Shown piece after piece: positions 26,445-35,483 of a stretch of DNA of 64,000 bases. A program made the translations under genes and the position numbers. Position 1 is the stretch's first letter. Each line of letters opens with the position of its first letter. The notes beneath the pieces are model-generated. The model had not been told where the DNA came from and made no database searches. It saw nothing but the letters and a program-made list of their open reading frames with translations. The stretch comes from Acidobacteriota bacterium (lineage in GTDB: Bacteria; Acidobacteriota; UBA6911; RPQK01; JAJDTT01): positions 5,248,001 to 5,312,000 of the forward strand of contig CBDCJH010000002.1 of assembly GCA_965217775.1 (NCBI GenBank). The letters are read 5' to 3'.

Positions 26445-28883
26445 TCAAGGTCCAGAGTCAGACCAGGCCGAAGGCCTTCTCCATCGAATGACGTCCGCGA
26501 AGGCCTCATCGCTCCACTGCACGTTGTTGCCTTTTTCTAGGATCCCGATGGCGACCGTGGAGAGTTGGAAGTCGCTGTCCGTCCCCGGGACATCCAGGCA
26601 CATCTCGACGATGGTGGGCTCCTGGAGATCCCACGGAAACATGGCGCTCTGCTCCCCGGTGACCTCCAGACTGGGAAGATCGCCGGTGAGGTTCCCGTCC
26701 AGATCGAAGGCTCGGAAATGGAGCTGAGTACCGGACGGTGCGCTGAGACCAGGGTCGGTGGTCACGGAGGCGAAGCCGAGATCGCGTCCGGCTCCGAAGA
26801 TACCGGTCAAGACTTGACAATCCCCATCGCCCAGCCATTCTCGTGAGGATTGCCCAGCGACGGAAAAGACCTCATCGATCTCTCGATTCATTCGGTCTTC
26901 CACCAGATAGCGCGCCTGAACCTGAAGCGAATTGGCGGAACAGGGCGCTTGGGCAAATATTGAAACGGCCCCCACCACCAGTTCCGCCGCGTCTGCCGTC
27001 AAGGTCAGGATTTGGGCGCCTCCCCTGGGGATGGTCGTGTGCAGTAGGTTCCCTTCAACCACCTGACCATCGAACATGATCTCCGGACCTTCAGAGACGC
27101 CTCGATGAAAGAGCACCGCCACGTCGCAGGCCTCAGGCTTCGGATCCCGATTGGTGATCAGAATTTCGGCCTGGGCGTCGTTTTCGCCAAGAGGACCCAT
27201 GAAGACGTGAGGTAGAACCGCCGCGGTCGTGCAAGGCTCCCCCTCCCAAAGAGAAAGGCAGAAGGGCAGATCCATGGTTTCGGAGGCCTCCAGGGCTCTT
27301 ATTACAGCGAGAGCTCCCGGATCGGCCCCGCTCCGGTTCCACACCCGGAGTGCGATTGTCGTGTAGGTGACATCGGGGGACAGACCTCCCAATATCCACT
27401 CGATCGTGGCTCCGCCCCGCAACCTCAGTACGGCTTCCGGATCTTCGATCGGGGTTACCTGGGTCCAGATTCTGTCGTCAATTTCAAGCTGGTATTCGTA
27501 ACCGGCCGCCGGGTCCCCCGGATCGTCCCAAGTCACTCTGATCTGACCCGTGCTCAAGCGGACCGCGGCCAAGTTCCTCACGTATACATCGGGTAAATCG
27601 AGCAACTGATATGGGACTGGTCCCGTCAACTGGTTGCCCCGGTAACTGAACTCGGTCAAGCTGGACAGTTGGCCTAAATTGCCTGGGATCTGTCCCGTTA
27701 GTTGGTTGTTCTGGAGATGCAGCTGCTGCAGACGAGCAATGTTGCCCAATTCTCTTGGGATCATCCCGCTCAGCTGGTTGTGGTCGAGCCACAACCAGCG
27801 CAGTTGGAACAATTGGGCCAACTGGAACGGGATCGGTCCCGTCAATCGGTTATGGCTCAACAACAAAAACCGCAGTTCGGACAGTTGGCCGAGTTCGACC
27901 GGAATCGGTCCCGTCAACTGGTTGTTGTGAAGAAGCAGTCGCTGCAGGTGGAACAGCTGGGCCAACTCGACCGGAATCGGTCCCGTCAATTGATTGCCGT
28001 TCAAAAGCAACCGCTGCAGTTGGGAGAGTTGGCCGAGTTCGACCGGAATCGGACCGGTCAATTGATTGTTGTTGAGGGCCAGCGTCCTCAACGCGGGCAG
28101 CTGGGCTAGTTCCACCGGGATTGTCCCCGTCAGGTGATTGTTACTGAGGTAAAGAAGTTCCAACTGTGACAGTTGACTCAACTCGACCGGAATCGATCCC
28201 GTCAGCCCATTGAAGGCAAGATACAAAATCCGCAACTTGGACAGTTGGGCCAACTCGACCGGAATCGGTCCCGTCAATGGGTTGTGGCTGAAGGCCAACA
28301 CCTGCAACTCGGACAGTTGGCCGAGTTCCACCGGGATTGTCCCCGTCAGTCCGTTCAACTGGAGGATCAGTTCTCGTAGTTCGGACAGTTGACCCAACTC
28401 GGCCGGGATGGGCCCGGTCAACTGGTTCCGGCCGAGGCCCAACTCTCTCAATTGGGATAGTTGCGAAAGTTCCGCCGGGATGGACCCGGCCAACTGGTTG
28501 CTGGTGAGGAACAAATACTGCAAGCGGGACAGCTGACCCAACTCCGGGGGCAGCACTCCTGTTAAATCACTGTGGCCGAGGTTCAACCCCGTGACCCGCC
28601 GCGGCGATTCTGAAATCGTGAGGCCCCTCCAACTGCTCATGGCCAACCCGGCATCCCAATTCAGGGAGGCGGTCCCGGCCAACTTGCCACGCAGCTGCAA
28701 CAGGACCTTGCAGTCGGAAACCAGACCCGTGTTGTTCTCCGGGTCCGGGACCGCCGTGCCGCTATCGCACGCGTGCAGAGACCGGCTTCCCGTCGCTACA
28801 AGAAGAGCAACCACCAGGATCCAGACCGCCGTGGATCCCGTGGAAGGACGGATACCCACACGAGAAGAATCTATTTCACACAT
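26445..28883 (-). CDS. Secreted plant-type leucine-rich repeat protein
   Basis: LRR N-cap (DC.VLL..LNW..SWRGLT), about 14 24-aa L.L..NQLTGPIP.ELGQL repeats, FN3-like region, C-terminal domain. AGGAG RBS. Confidence 0.92.
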   Translation of the reverse strand: MCEIDSSRVGIRPSTGSTAVWILVVALLVATGSRSLHACDSGTAVPDPENNTGLVSDCKVLLQLRGKLAGTASLNWDAGLAMSSWRGLTISESPRRVTGLNLGHSDLTGVLPPELGQLSRLQYLFLTSNQLAGSIPAELSQLSQLRELGLGRNQLTGPIPAELGQLSELRELILQLNGLTGTIPVELGQLSELQVLAFSHNPLTGPIPVELAQLSKLRILYLAFNGLTGSIPVELSQLSQLELLYLSNNHLTGTIPVELAQLPALRTLALNNNQLTGPIPVELGQLSQLQRLLLNGNQLTGPIPVELAQLFHLQRLLLHNNQLTGPIPVELGQLSELRFLLLSHNRLTGPIPFQLAQLFQLRWLWLDHNQLSGMIPRELGNIARLQQLHLQNNQLTGQIPGNLGQLSSLTEFSYRGNQLTGPVPYQLLDLPDVYVRNLAAVRLSTGQIRVTWDDPGDPAAGYEYQLEIDDRIWTQVTPIEDPEAVLRLRGGATIEWILGGLSPDVTYTTIALRVWNRSGADPGALAVIRALEASETMDLPFCLSLWEGEPCTTAAVLPHVFMGPLGENDAQAEILITNRDPKPEACDVAVLFHRGVSEGPEIMFDGQVVEGNLLHTTIPRGGAQILTLTADAAELVVGAVSIFAQAPCSANSLQVQARYLVEDRMNREIDEVFSVAGQSSREWLGDGDCQVLTGIFGAGRDLGFASVTTDPGLSAPSGTQLHFRAFDLDGNLTGDLPSLEVTGEQSAMFPWDLQEPTIVEMCLDVPGTDSDFQLSTVAIGILEKGNNVQWSDEAFADVIRWRRPSAWSDSGP

Positions 28884-28924
28884 TGGTGTACTCCTGGCCT
28901 GAGAGTAATTCTCAGCATCGTCAA

Positions 28925-28952
28925 ATGTGATTGGTTCGCCCCAATGAGCTCA
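28925..28952 (-). promoter_or_regulatory. Conserved upstream motif copy 2
   Basis: TGAGCT-N16-TCACAT, 42 nt before the LRR start. Confidence 0.6.
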
Positions 28953-29435
28953 TCGGATTGGACAAGCAAGGAGACGACTGGATCGGTAACGGGCCCGGAA
29001 ATGTTTCAACGCCGATGTCAGGATTGAACGGAGACGGGCGATCTGCGGCTGACGCATGAGGCAGCGCCGAGGCGGGTTGGAGAACTTCCTTCTCCACAGT
29101 CGGAAGATCCTGACTCCGATGAGGGGACCTATGCCGGAATGAAACCAGGGATGGTAGTGGAATAGAATATCTACCAGGCTGGCTCTTCCTCCGGTATAGG
29201 TCGAGTTGGCTTAGAGCCTGCCGGGTGCTGCTACACTTGGCGGGCTCGCCTTCGGAAAACAAGGATACCGCAGAAGAAAATTCAGGACAAGAAACGACTT
29301 TATTGATTTGGCGGCCTAAACAACTTTCACCGCCGGCCGGCCCGCGACCAGTTGTCACTCGGGTTCCCCTCTGAACTGTTCTCGACAGGTCATCGCTGTG
29401 GTTTCCGTGCTCTTCCTCCGGAACGACACCAATAG

Positions 29436-29463
29436 ATGTGATTTTTCCAGGAGAATGGGCTCA
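29436..29463 (-). promoter_or_regulatory. Conserved upstream motif copy 3 (orphan)
   Basis: TGAGCC-N16-TCACAT, followed by an ATG (29393) opening only 12 codons. Confidence 0.55.
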
Positions 29464-29521
29464 CCGGCGCGGAGAGTAGCCATGGCGTCAGCAGTTCCGT
29501 ATTACGTGTGGCAGAGGGGCG

Positions 29522-29549
29522 AGGTCCGTTAATTTGGGTTAATGGATGT
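29522..29549. other. 11-6-11 inverted repeat, tyrosine-recombinase-site-like (site B)
   Basis: AGGTCCGTTAA TTTGGG TTAATGGATGT; same orientation as site A. Confidence 0.45.
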
Positions 29550-29646
29550 AGGCCAGAAGGACCCTGCCGGTACGGGGGAAACATGCGCCTCAGGGGGGGT
29601 GTTTGCTGGGATTCGTATTGGATTCCCTATGGAGAAATTCTGCAAA

Positions 29647-30226
29647 TCAATCGACGATCGTGATGATGGTGGTCTCGCGATCCGATCATTGGCCCAGCCA
29701 GTGACCAACCACAGCACCGCCCAAAGGCGCACCAACTGCAGTGGCTAGAAGTAGATTGCCGTGGCGTCCATCAATATCCTAATTGGTGCTGTTGATAACG
29801 AGAGAGGTCAGATCTAAGGTGCCAGCTACGCGCAGAACAGCCCCCCACTCGAGAACGACCCCGCGTATTCTCCAGATGGATTTCTCGGAGTGAGTCTCTG
29901 GGGATAGAGGTTTCGGAGCCCCAAGGGTATCGCTTCCAGTTCGTGGCCTTTGTGACGCGACCCAGATGAATGCTGTCAGATAAAACCGTCACCCGATCGC
30001 TCCGGACGGCCCCCCCTCCAGACAGGATGACGGTGATCTTCTTCTCTCCCTCGAGGAAGGCGGGGAGTTGCTCCCAGGTCATCTCGCGGCGAATCTCAGT
30101 GCCGGCATTCAGCGTCTCGGGAATACAGGCTAGACCGATCGAAACTTGCGCCAGCAGTAACGGGATCATCCCCGCAGTTGTGGTTTTCCTCAGCCATCCT
30201 CCATTCGTGATCGTCAGACGTCTCAT
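29647..30226 (-). pseudogene. Decayed secreted glycine-zipper protein
   Basis: AGGAGG RBS and signal peptide. Frameshift at the G6 run (29841-29846); the shifted frame reads AVLRVAG...N*DI...GAPLGGAVVGHWLGQ*SDRETTIITIVD*. Confidence 0.65.
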
Positions 30227-30304
30227 GGCGTGTGCCTCCTTCTGCCTCGCTCTCCTGCCTCCCGTGGGACATCCCCACAAAGGGCAGGAGGTACGCATCA
30301 GGAA

Positions 30305-30332
30305 ATGTGAGTTTTTCGTTGGAAGGGGCTCA
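30305..30332 (-). promoter_or_regulatory. Conserved upstream motif copy 4
   Basis: TGAGCC-N16-TCACAT. Confidence 0.6.
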
Positions 30333-30369
30333 CCGGGTTGGGAGTGGTCCCGGCGGCTAGAGTTCCGAA

Positions 30370-30969
30370 TCACTCGGAATCGTTCGGTTCGTTGGTCTTG
30401 ATGGCTGCTGGACCTGGCGGCCGGTGCGAGCCTCTGTGCTTGGGTGGCACTTCGTAGACCCCTTCCATGCGTGAGCCATAGAAGACAGTGGCCGTAATAG
30501 GGAGCGTTACGGTCAAGAGTCCCCCGTATTTTTCCATGCGCGTTGGAGCCTCGTCGTAATTGGTAAGCATTTCGATCACCGTGTGCGCCGTCAGCAAGGC
30601 AAGCAAGGTCGCCCAAGCTGGTTTTCTTTTCCAAAACGGGCGGTGCCTCAACACCTTACGTACATCCGACTTTTGAAACGTGCGGATTCGCAAATCCGTG
30701 TGGATGCGCTCGCTGAGTTCCAAGGTGACAGAGTCGTCCGTAGCCGATAGGAACCGACCCTTGATCTTCTCGCCATGTCCCAGCAAGGCTTCGTCTTCGT
30801 AGAGTTGTACCCCCGTCTTGGTGCCCGGCTTCACAGCCAGTACCGTGGACCATTCCGGCAGGTGCCTCGCGGTGCAGCCAGACAAGATGGTCAGAAACAG
30901 CAAGGGTGCGAGTCCAGTGGCCATGGTGTTCCTGAGTCCTTCTCCACTCCTGTTCGTCCGTCGTCTCAT
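30370..30969 (-). CDS. Hypothetical lipoprotein with C-terminal hydrophobic hairpin
   Basis: GGAGG RBS, lipobox LSGC, KIKGRFLSATDDSVTL. Confidence 0.7.
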   Translation of the reverse strand: MRRRTNRSGEGLRNTMATGLAPLLFLTILSGCTARHLPEWSTVLAVKPGTKTGVQLYEDEALLGHGEKIKGRFLSATDDSVTLELSERIHTDLRIRTFQKSDVRKVLRHRPFWKRKPAWATLLALLTAHTVIEMLTNYDEAPTRMEKYGGLLTVTLPITATVFYGSRMEGVYEVPPKHRGSHRPPGPAAIKTNEPNDSE

Positions 30970-31012
30970 GGCATCGACCTCCTCCGGGTGGGGATGAACC
31001 CGTCAGGGATCA

Positions 31013-31040
31013 ATGTGATTTTCTCGCCCGGATGGGATCA
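31013..31040 (-). promoter_or_regulatory. Conserved upstream motif copy 5
   Basis: TGATCC-N16-TCACAT, 44 nt before the start. Confidence 0.6.
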
Positions 31041-31083
31041 CCAGGTTGGGGAAAAAGAGGAGCTCGAGCGCCTCATAAAGAGC

Positions 31084-31106
31084 GAGAAGGGGACAGTCAC
31101 CTTCTC
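31084..31106. repeat. GGGACAGTC-family hairpin (RAYT end motif)
   Basis: Identical to 25551-25573. Confidence 0.8.
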
Positions 31107-31309
31107 TCTGTGTGGATCCGGCTCTTGGGGGAAAACCATCGCTCACGAGTGCCCGTGGAAGGTCAAATGCCGCTGGACATCGCCGGATTTCGGCTTTTGT
31201 CACCGCATTCGAGTAGGCAGGACGGCTCTCGAATTCATATGGCTGAGAAGACCACTGAAATGCTGTTTAACAAACCGATTATCGGGTCGGTGATGAGAAT
31301 TCGGGCTAG

Positions 31310-31467
31310 CAGTCCGTGGTGAAAGTCCCGCGAGCACCGAGACCGTTCCTGCGCCCGCCGGACAAGGCGCGATTCGGGTGCATACCGGGAGTATGTGCCC
31401 GAATCGCAACGCCGTCCGCCGGGATGCAGGGACGGTCGAATGCCGTGATGACTTTTGCCACGGGCTG
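31310..31467 (+). mobile_element. MITE copy 2 (158 bp) with CTAG target duplication
   Basis: ctag|CAGTCCGTGG...CCACGGGCTG|ctag. Confidence 0.92.
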
Positions 31468-31491
31468 CTAGGGCTGGCGCAGGCTGGAATC

Positions 31492-32784
31492 TTAGGGCCT
31501 GTTGGGCTTCATTTCGATGTACGTCGATGGATCGGTGGAGTAGCTGATGGGCTTCGGGTCGAGTAGCTCGACCAACTTGTCCTTGATGGCAAAGGCCTGA
31601 AAAAAGTTGCCCCGGGGATTGTAGTGGCCGATCCAATAACGCCTGATGTACTCGTCCACAGTCAGGTTGAACTGGGCAAAATCCCTCCTGTGCGCTTCCA
31701 TCAGATCTACATAAGGCAGCCTCTTCTCTTCTAGAAAATCAAGAAGGCTCTGGTCGAAACGTTCCCCTGTTTTCAGCACCTGCGCTGCGTTCCGTTGCCC
31801 ATAGGAGAGCACGAAGAGGACTTGTTTTCCCTGAGCCGATGCAAAGTGCTCGATCTTCTCGACGATCCTCATGGTGGCGAACAGCGCGGCTCTGGTGTAA
31901 AGCTTTTCTGAGGTTCGCTTCAGCTCTTCCGGAGTCCCGATGCTGATCCGGAGGCCGTGTTCCCGAGCCAGCTCCTCAATCACGTCGTAGCTCGGCTGGG
32001 GGGAGCTCGTCCCTGGATCCCTTTGGGCCAGCACGATCTTCAGCACGAAGTCGTCCTTGAATCGCTCGAACACCCAGTCGGGGTCGCTGAGGTTACGAAC
32101 CGATTCGGGAGTAGGACAGGGGTTTTTGAACTCGGTAAATTGCTTGGTTGCGGGATTCACAACGACGTAGGGCATGGTGGAGCCGAGTAAGGCCGGCCAC
32201 ATCCCGGTCGTATAGCCCAATCGAATGTTGCGCCAGCCATGCAGGTTCCGATAGTGATCGTCGTCGTAGATGTTGAAGATGATGTACCGGGCGGGGGTAC
32301 GAGTTTCCTCCCGCAACATTCTCAGGTAGGCCTGGTAGACGGAGTACCCGCCGATTCCGAAGTTGCGCAGAGGTTCACACAGGTGGGCGGCGAGCACTTC
32401 CTGCCAGGTCTCGCCGTCGCTGACCTGGTCGCAGTGAGTGAAACTGTTTCCGTAGGTGTTGATCCGGCAAGGGTTATCGCCGTACATGATGGTTCGGCGG
32501 GCGCCCGCATACCGATAGGTCGATATCGATCCATCGACCCCGTGTTTGACTCGTCTGTCGGCAAACAGCCACCCCAGTTGGCTGTCGTAGGATTCCCCCA
32601 GCGTTGCCCTGCCCGAGATCCAGTCCTCCACCTGCTCCCGCGGGTACAAGATACTTTTCAAGTAGGCTTGGGCCTGCCGCTCCCACGTTTCGCTTTCTTT
32701 TGCCGGGCGTGCCTCTTGCGCTGCCACCGCCAGGGTGAGCACCAGGCAAGCCAACCCTGAAAATACCAGGCTCGTTCTTGGCAT
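31492..32784 (-). CDS. Secreted SGNH-hydrolase-like protein
   Basis: YGNSFTH, NFGIGGYS, GHYNPRGN; signal peptide. Confidence 0.65.
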   Translation of the reverse strand: MPRTSLVFSGLACLVLTLAVAAQEARPAKESETWERQAQAYLKSILYPREQVEDWISGRATLGESYDSQLGWLFADRRVKHGVDGSISTYRYAGARRTIMYGDNPCRINTYGNSFTHCDQVSDGETWQEVLAAHLCEPLRNFGIGGYSVYQAYLRMLREETRTPARYIIFNIYDDDHYRNLHGWRNIRLGYTTGMWPALLGSTMPYVVVNPATKQFTEFKNPCPTPESVRNLSDPDWVFERFKDDFVLKIVLAQRDPGTSSPQPSYDVIEELAREHGLRISIGTPEELKRTSEKLYTRAALFATMRIVEKIEHFASAQGKQVLFVLSYGQRNAAQVLKTGERFDQSLLDFLEEKRLPYVDLMEAHRRDFAQFNLTVDEYIRRYWIGHYNPRGNFFQAFAIKDKLVELLDPKPISYSTDPSTYIEMKPNRP

Positions 32785-32870
32785 AGTCGATCCTCTGTTC
32801 GAATTTCGCGTCGAAACGCGATCAACCCATGTTTTTCCTCACCTAAAATGTTCTGGCTGGGCTGGTTGAA

Positions 32871-35240
32871 TCAGTCATCCGCCTCGCCGCCATAGCGGCG
32901 GACATCGGAGATCCGTATCTCTCCGATCTGACCGAAGAAGTTGCCCTTGCCCAACCAGTTGAAATTGCCGCCAAGGCGGGCATAGCCGGTGAGACGAGTC
33001 CCGACGCTGAACTGGGCATTGTGGCGGCGATTGTTGACGAGGCTGCGCCCATCGGGGCTCTTCATCTGCCAGATGAGCCGGCCGTCCAGGAAGAGCTGAT
33101 GGAGGTCTTCCACGTAACTGTATTGCCAGGCGACGTGGTGCCAGCGGGTGTCCTGGATGCCCACCTCCTTGGGGTCGGCCACGATGCCCTCGGGCCGGGA
33201 CCAGGGGTGCAGATCCTTGAGAGACTGTTCGGAGTCCGCGCCCAGAAAGTGCACCCCAGGCGAAAAGCTGCCGTTGGGTGAGTTGTGGTTCGAAAGGTAG
33301 AGCTCCCAGACGCCGAACTCGCTGTTGTCGTAGGTCCCACAGATGTGTCCGAAGTCGACTTTGCGGCCATAACCGTCGACGGGTCCACCTGGCCGGACCC
33401 AGGCCTCAACGGTCCAGGCCGTCTTGCAGGTCCTGAGGTCCAGCTTCTGGTCGTTCTGGGGTCCGACGAAGCCTCCTTCGCCGCCGCCGATGAAGTATGG
33501 ATACCGACCCCAGTTTGGCCGGGGTATCCGGGTTTCGCCCTTCAGATTGACCCAGGTCAGCGCCAGCTCCTCGTCGCCCCTAACAGCCCGTGGTGAAAGT
33601 CGCGCGAGCACCGAGACCGTTCCTGCGCCCGCCGGACAAGGCGCGATGAGGGAGCATACTGGGAGTATGTGACCGAGTCGCAACGCAGTCCGCCGGGATG
33701 CAGGGACGGTCGAATGCCGTGACGACTTTTGCCACGGGCTGCTAAGGTCGGCGACGCGCCTGCTGCCGGGCCCCTGCCAGTTCCAGAGGGCTACGGTCTG
33801 CTTATCCGGCGCAATCTGTCGCAGTGCTTCCGGTACCACCCGGAAGATCAGCTCCTGTGTGTCTACAGCACCGAGCCCATCTACTGCCTCGACTGTCAAA
33901 GGGGTCCGGATCACCGGCGTAGGCGTGCCCGAAAGCATACCGCTGGCCCGGTCGAGGCCGAGCCCTTCGGGCAGAGTTCCCCTTCGGATCCTCCACCTCA
34001 CCGGCTCCCTCATATACTCCGACTCCAGACGATGCCGATAAGAATGCCCTGTGAAGGCCAGAGGGAGCGACTCGGTGGTGATGTGGCCCGGACGAACCGA
34101 GAGCGTGAACAGGTGCTGGTCACTGTGGCCAATCTCATCGCTTGCCCGAATCGTAAGCCGTGCTTCGCTTGCGAGTTCAATCGGGGTGCTCTGGATGAGA
34201 CCACTCGCCCGGTCCAGGACCAGACCCGACGGCAGCTTGCCGCCGGCCAGCTCCCACCTTACCTTGCCCCGGGCCGAATCCGTAGACAAAGTTGCCGAGT
34301 AAGGCAGCTTCAGACCGGCCTCGGGCAGATCCCGGTGGATCAGACGCAGCTGCTGGGCCACCGGGTAGCGCATGATGTCGGAGATGCGCAGCTCGTCGAT
34401 CTCCCCCTCGAAGTTTCCGTAGTTGGGAAACGGCATGCGGCCGGCGGGGTCGAAATGGCTGGGCGCCTCCTGCGAGTGGAGGAAACCTCCTACGACGAAG
34501 GGAAGATCACACCGGGCAGCGTCGTTGGTCACGGACCTTCCCCCAGGACGGCTTTCCCGATAAACCAGCTTCCCGTCCAGGAACAGGAAATGCATCTGAT
34601 CTTGGTACCGGAACTGCCACACCACATGGTGCCACTCATCATCGGTGATGAGGAAAGTAGAGTTGGACCGGCCGATATGATTGACGTCGTGGCCGGGGGC
34701 TCGGGTGTAGGATCCAAAGAACCGGGCGTGGGGACCGATCCCCCGGTCGAGTACCCAGGCCCTGTCGATCCTGGGAGCGATCAGAAAGAAATTCCATCCC
34801 CCCCGGATCCCATCGGTCAGTCCGACTCCCTCATCGTCGCTCCCGCAGATGTTCCGGTACCCATTCTGTTCCGATCCCCCCGTGTGGCGGACCCACGCCT
34901 CGATGGTCCACTCCCGGGTGCAGCCCCGAAGCTCCAGCTTGGGGTTGTCGACGGGACCGACCAGGACGTTGGCATCGTCCTCGCGGCGGAGGAAGCGGGC
35001 CGTGGCTCCGAAGCCAGCACGGCTGCCCCACAACGCCTCCTGGTAAGCCCGCAGAGTCAGTTCGGGATCACCACAGGCATCGCGGGTCTCGTCACCCTGG
35101 CCTTCATCGAAGTGATAGAGAACGATGGTGTTGGGGTCGGGTTTGAAAGGCTGGGTGAAGTCCTGTGCCGTCAGTTGACCGGAACTGAGGAGCAATGTCC
35201 AGATCAGGAGCGCCGATGCAATGGTGGAGATGGCACGCAT
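32871..35240 (-). CDS. Secreted LamG - 2x putative Ig - LamG protein carrying an in-frame MITE
   Basis: LYHFDEGQG, WTIEAWV, WHHVVW, GEIDELRIS (twice); G.LP.GL.LD..SG.I.GTP modules. Start at MRAIS. Confidence 0.85.
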   Translation of the reverse strand: MRAISTIASALLIWTLLLSSGQLTAQDFTQPFKPDPNTIVLYHFDEGQGDETRDACGDPELTLRAYQEALWGSRAGFGATARFLRREDDANVLVGPVDNPKLELRGCTREWTIEAWVRHTGGSEQNGYRNICGSDDEGVGLTDGIRGGWNFFLIAPRIDRAWVLDRGIGPHARFFGSYTRAPGHDVNHIGRSNSTFLITDDEWHHVVWQFRYQDQMHFLFLDGKLVYRESRPGGRSVTNDAARCDLPFVVGGFLHSQEAPSHFDPAGRMPFPNYGNFEGEIDELRISDIMRYPVAQQLRLIHRDLPEAGLKLPYSATLSTDSARGKVRWELAGGKLPSGLVLDRASGLIQSTPIELASEARLTIRASDEIGHSDQHLFTLSVRPGHITTESLPLAFTGHSYRHRLESEYMREPVRWRIRRGTLPEGLGLDRASGMLSGTPTPVIRTPLTVEAVDGLGAVDTQELIFRVVPEALRQIAPDKQTVALWNWQGPGSRRVADLSSPWQKSSRHSTVPASRRTALRLGHILPVCSLIAPCPAGAGTVSVLARLSPRAVRGDEELALTWVNLKGETRIPRPNWGRYPYFIGGGEGGFVGPQNDQKLDLRTCKTAWTVEAWVRPGGPVDGYGRKVDFGHICGTYDNSEFGVWELYLSNHNSPNGSFSPGVHFLGADSEQSLKDLHPWSRPEGIVADPKEVGIQDTRWHHVAWQYSYVEDLHQLFLDGRLIWQMKSPDGRSLVNNRRHNAQFSVGTRLTGYARLGGNFNWLGKGNFFGQIGEIRISDVRRYGGEADD
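33584..33741 (+). mobile_element. MITE copy 3 (158 bp) with CTAA target duplication, intragenic and in frame
   Basis: ctaa|CAGCCCGTGG...CCACGGGCTG|ctaa; 158+4 = 162 bp = 54 codons. Confidence 0.92.
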
Positions 35241-35483
35241 AGCCGTAGTCTCAGCCCTCGGAAGAGGCCTGGCGGGGTTCTTCTTCAGAAAAACCTGAGT
35301 TTCACAGCCTACACCATTCTCGTTGCGAATCCCCAAAGACCCTCGGAGAAGACGGATCTCAGCCCCTGACCTCGAAATAGCCCAAACGACTCCCCACTGG
35401 ACATCCGACCTTCTTCTCTTTGTATCCTGTATCTTGCGTGTTGAACTTTCAGCCTGAGATTCGATCGAACACGGAGGGCTCCC

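Noticed and set aside
22050-28883. Diversity-generating retroelement acting on the NHL/LRR repeats
   Set aside because: No TR/VR pair with adenine-specific differences was seen, and the only RT is a standard intron maturase inside a complete intron.
31265-31290. Chromosomal dif-like site (CCCGATAA...TTTGTTAAAC on -)
   Set aside because: The arms are separated by 3 rather than 6 bp.
22050-35240. Integron cassette array (co-oriented genes)
   Set aside because: No convincing attC (RYYYAAC...GTTRRRY) after the genes, no integrase, and the genes have their own promoter motif.
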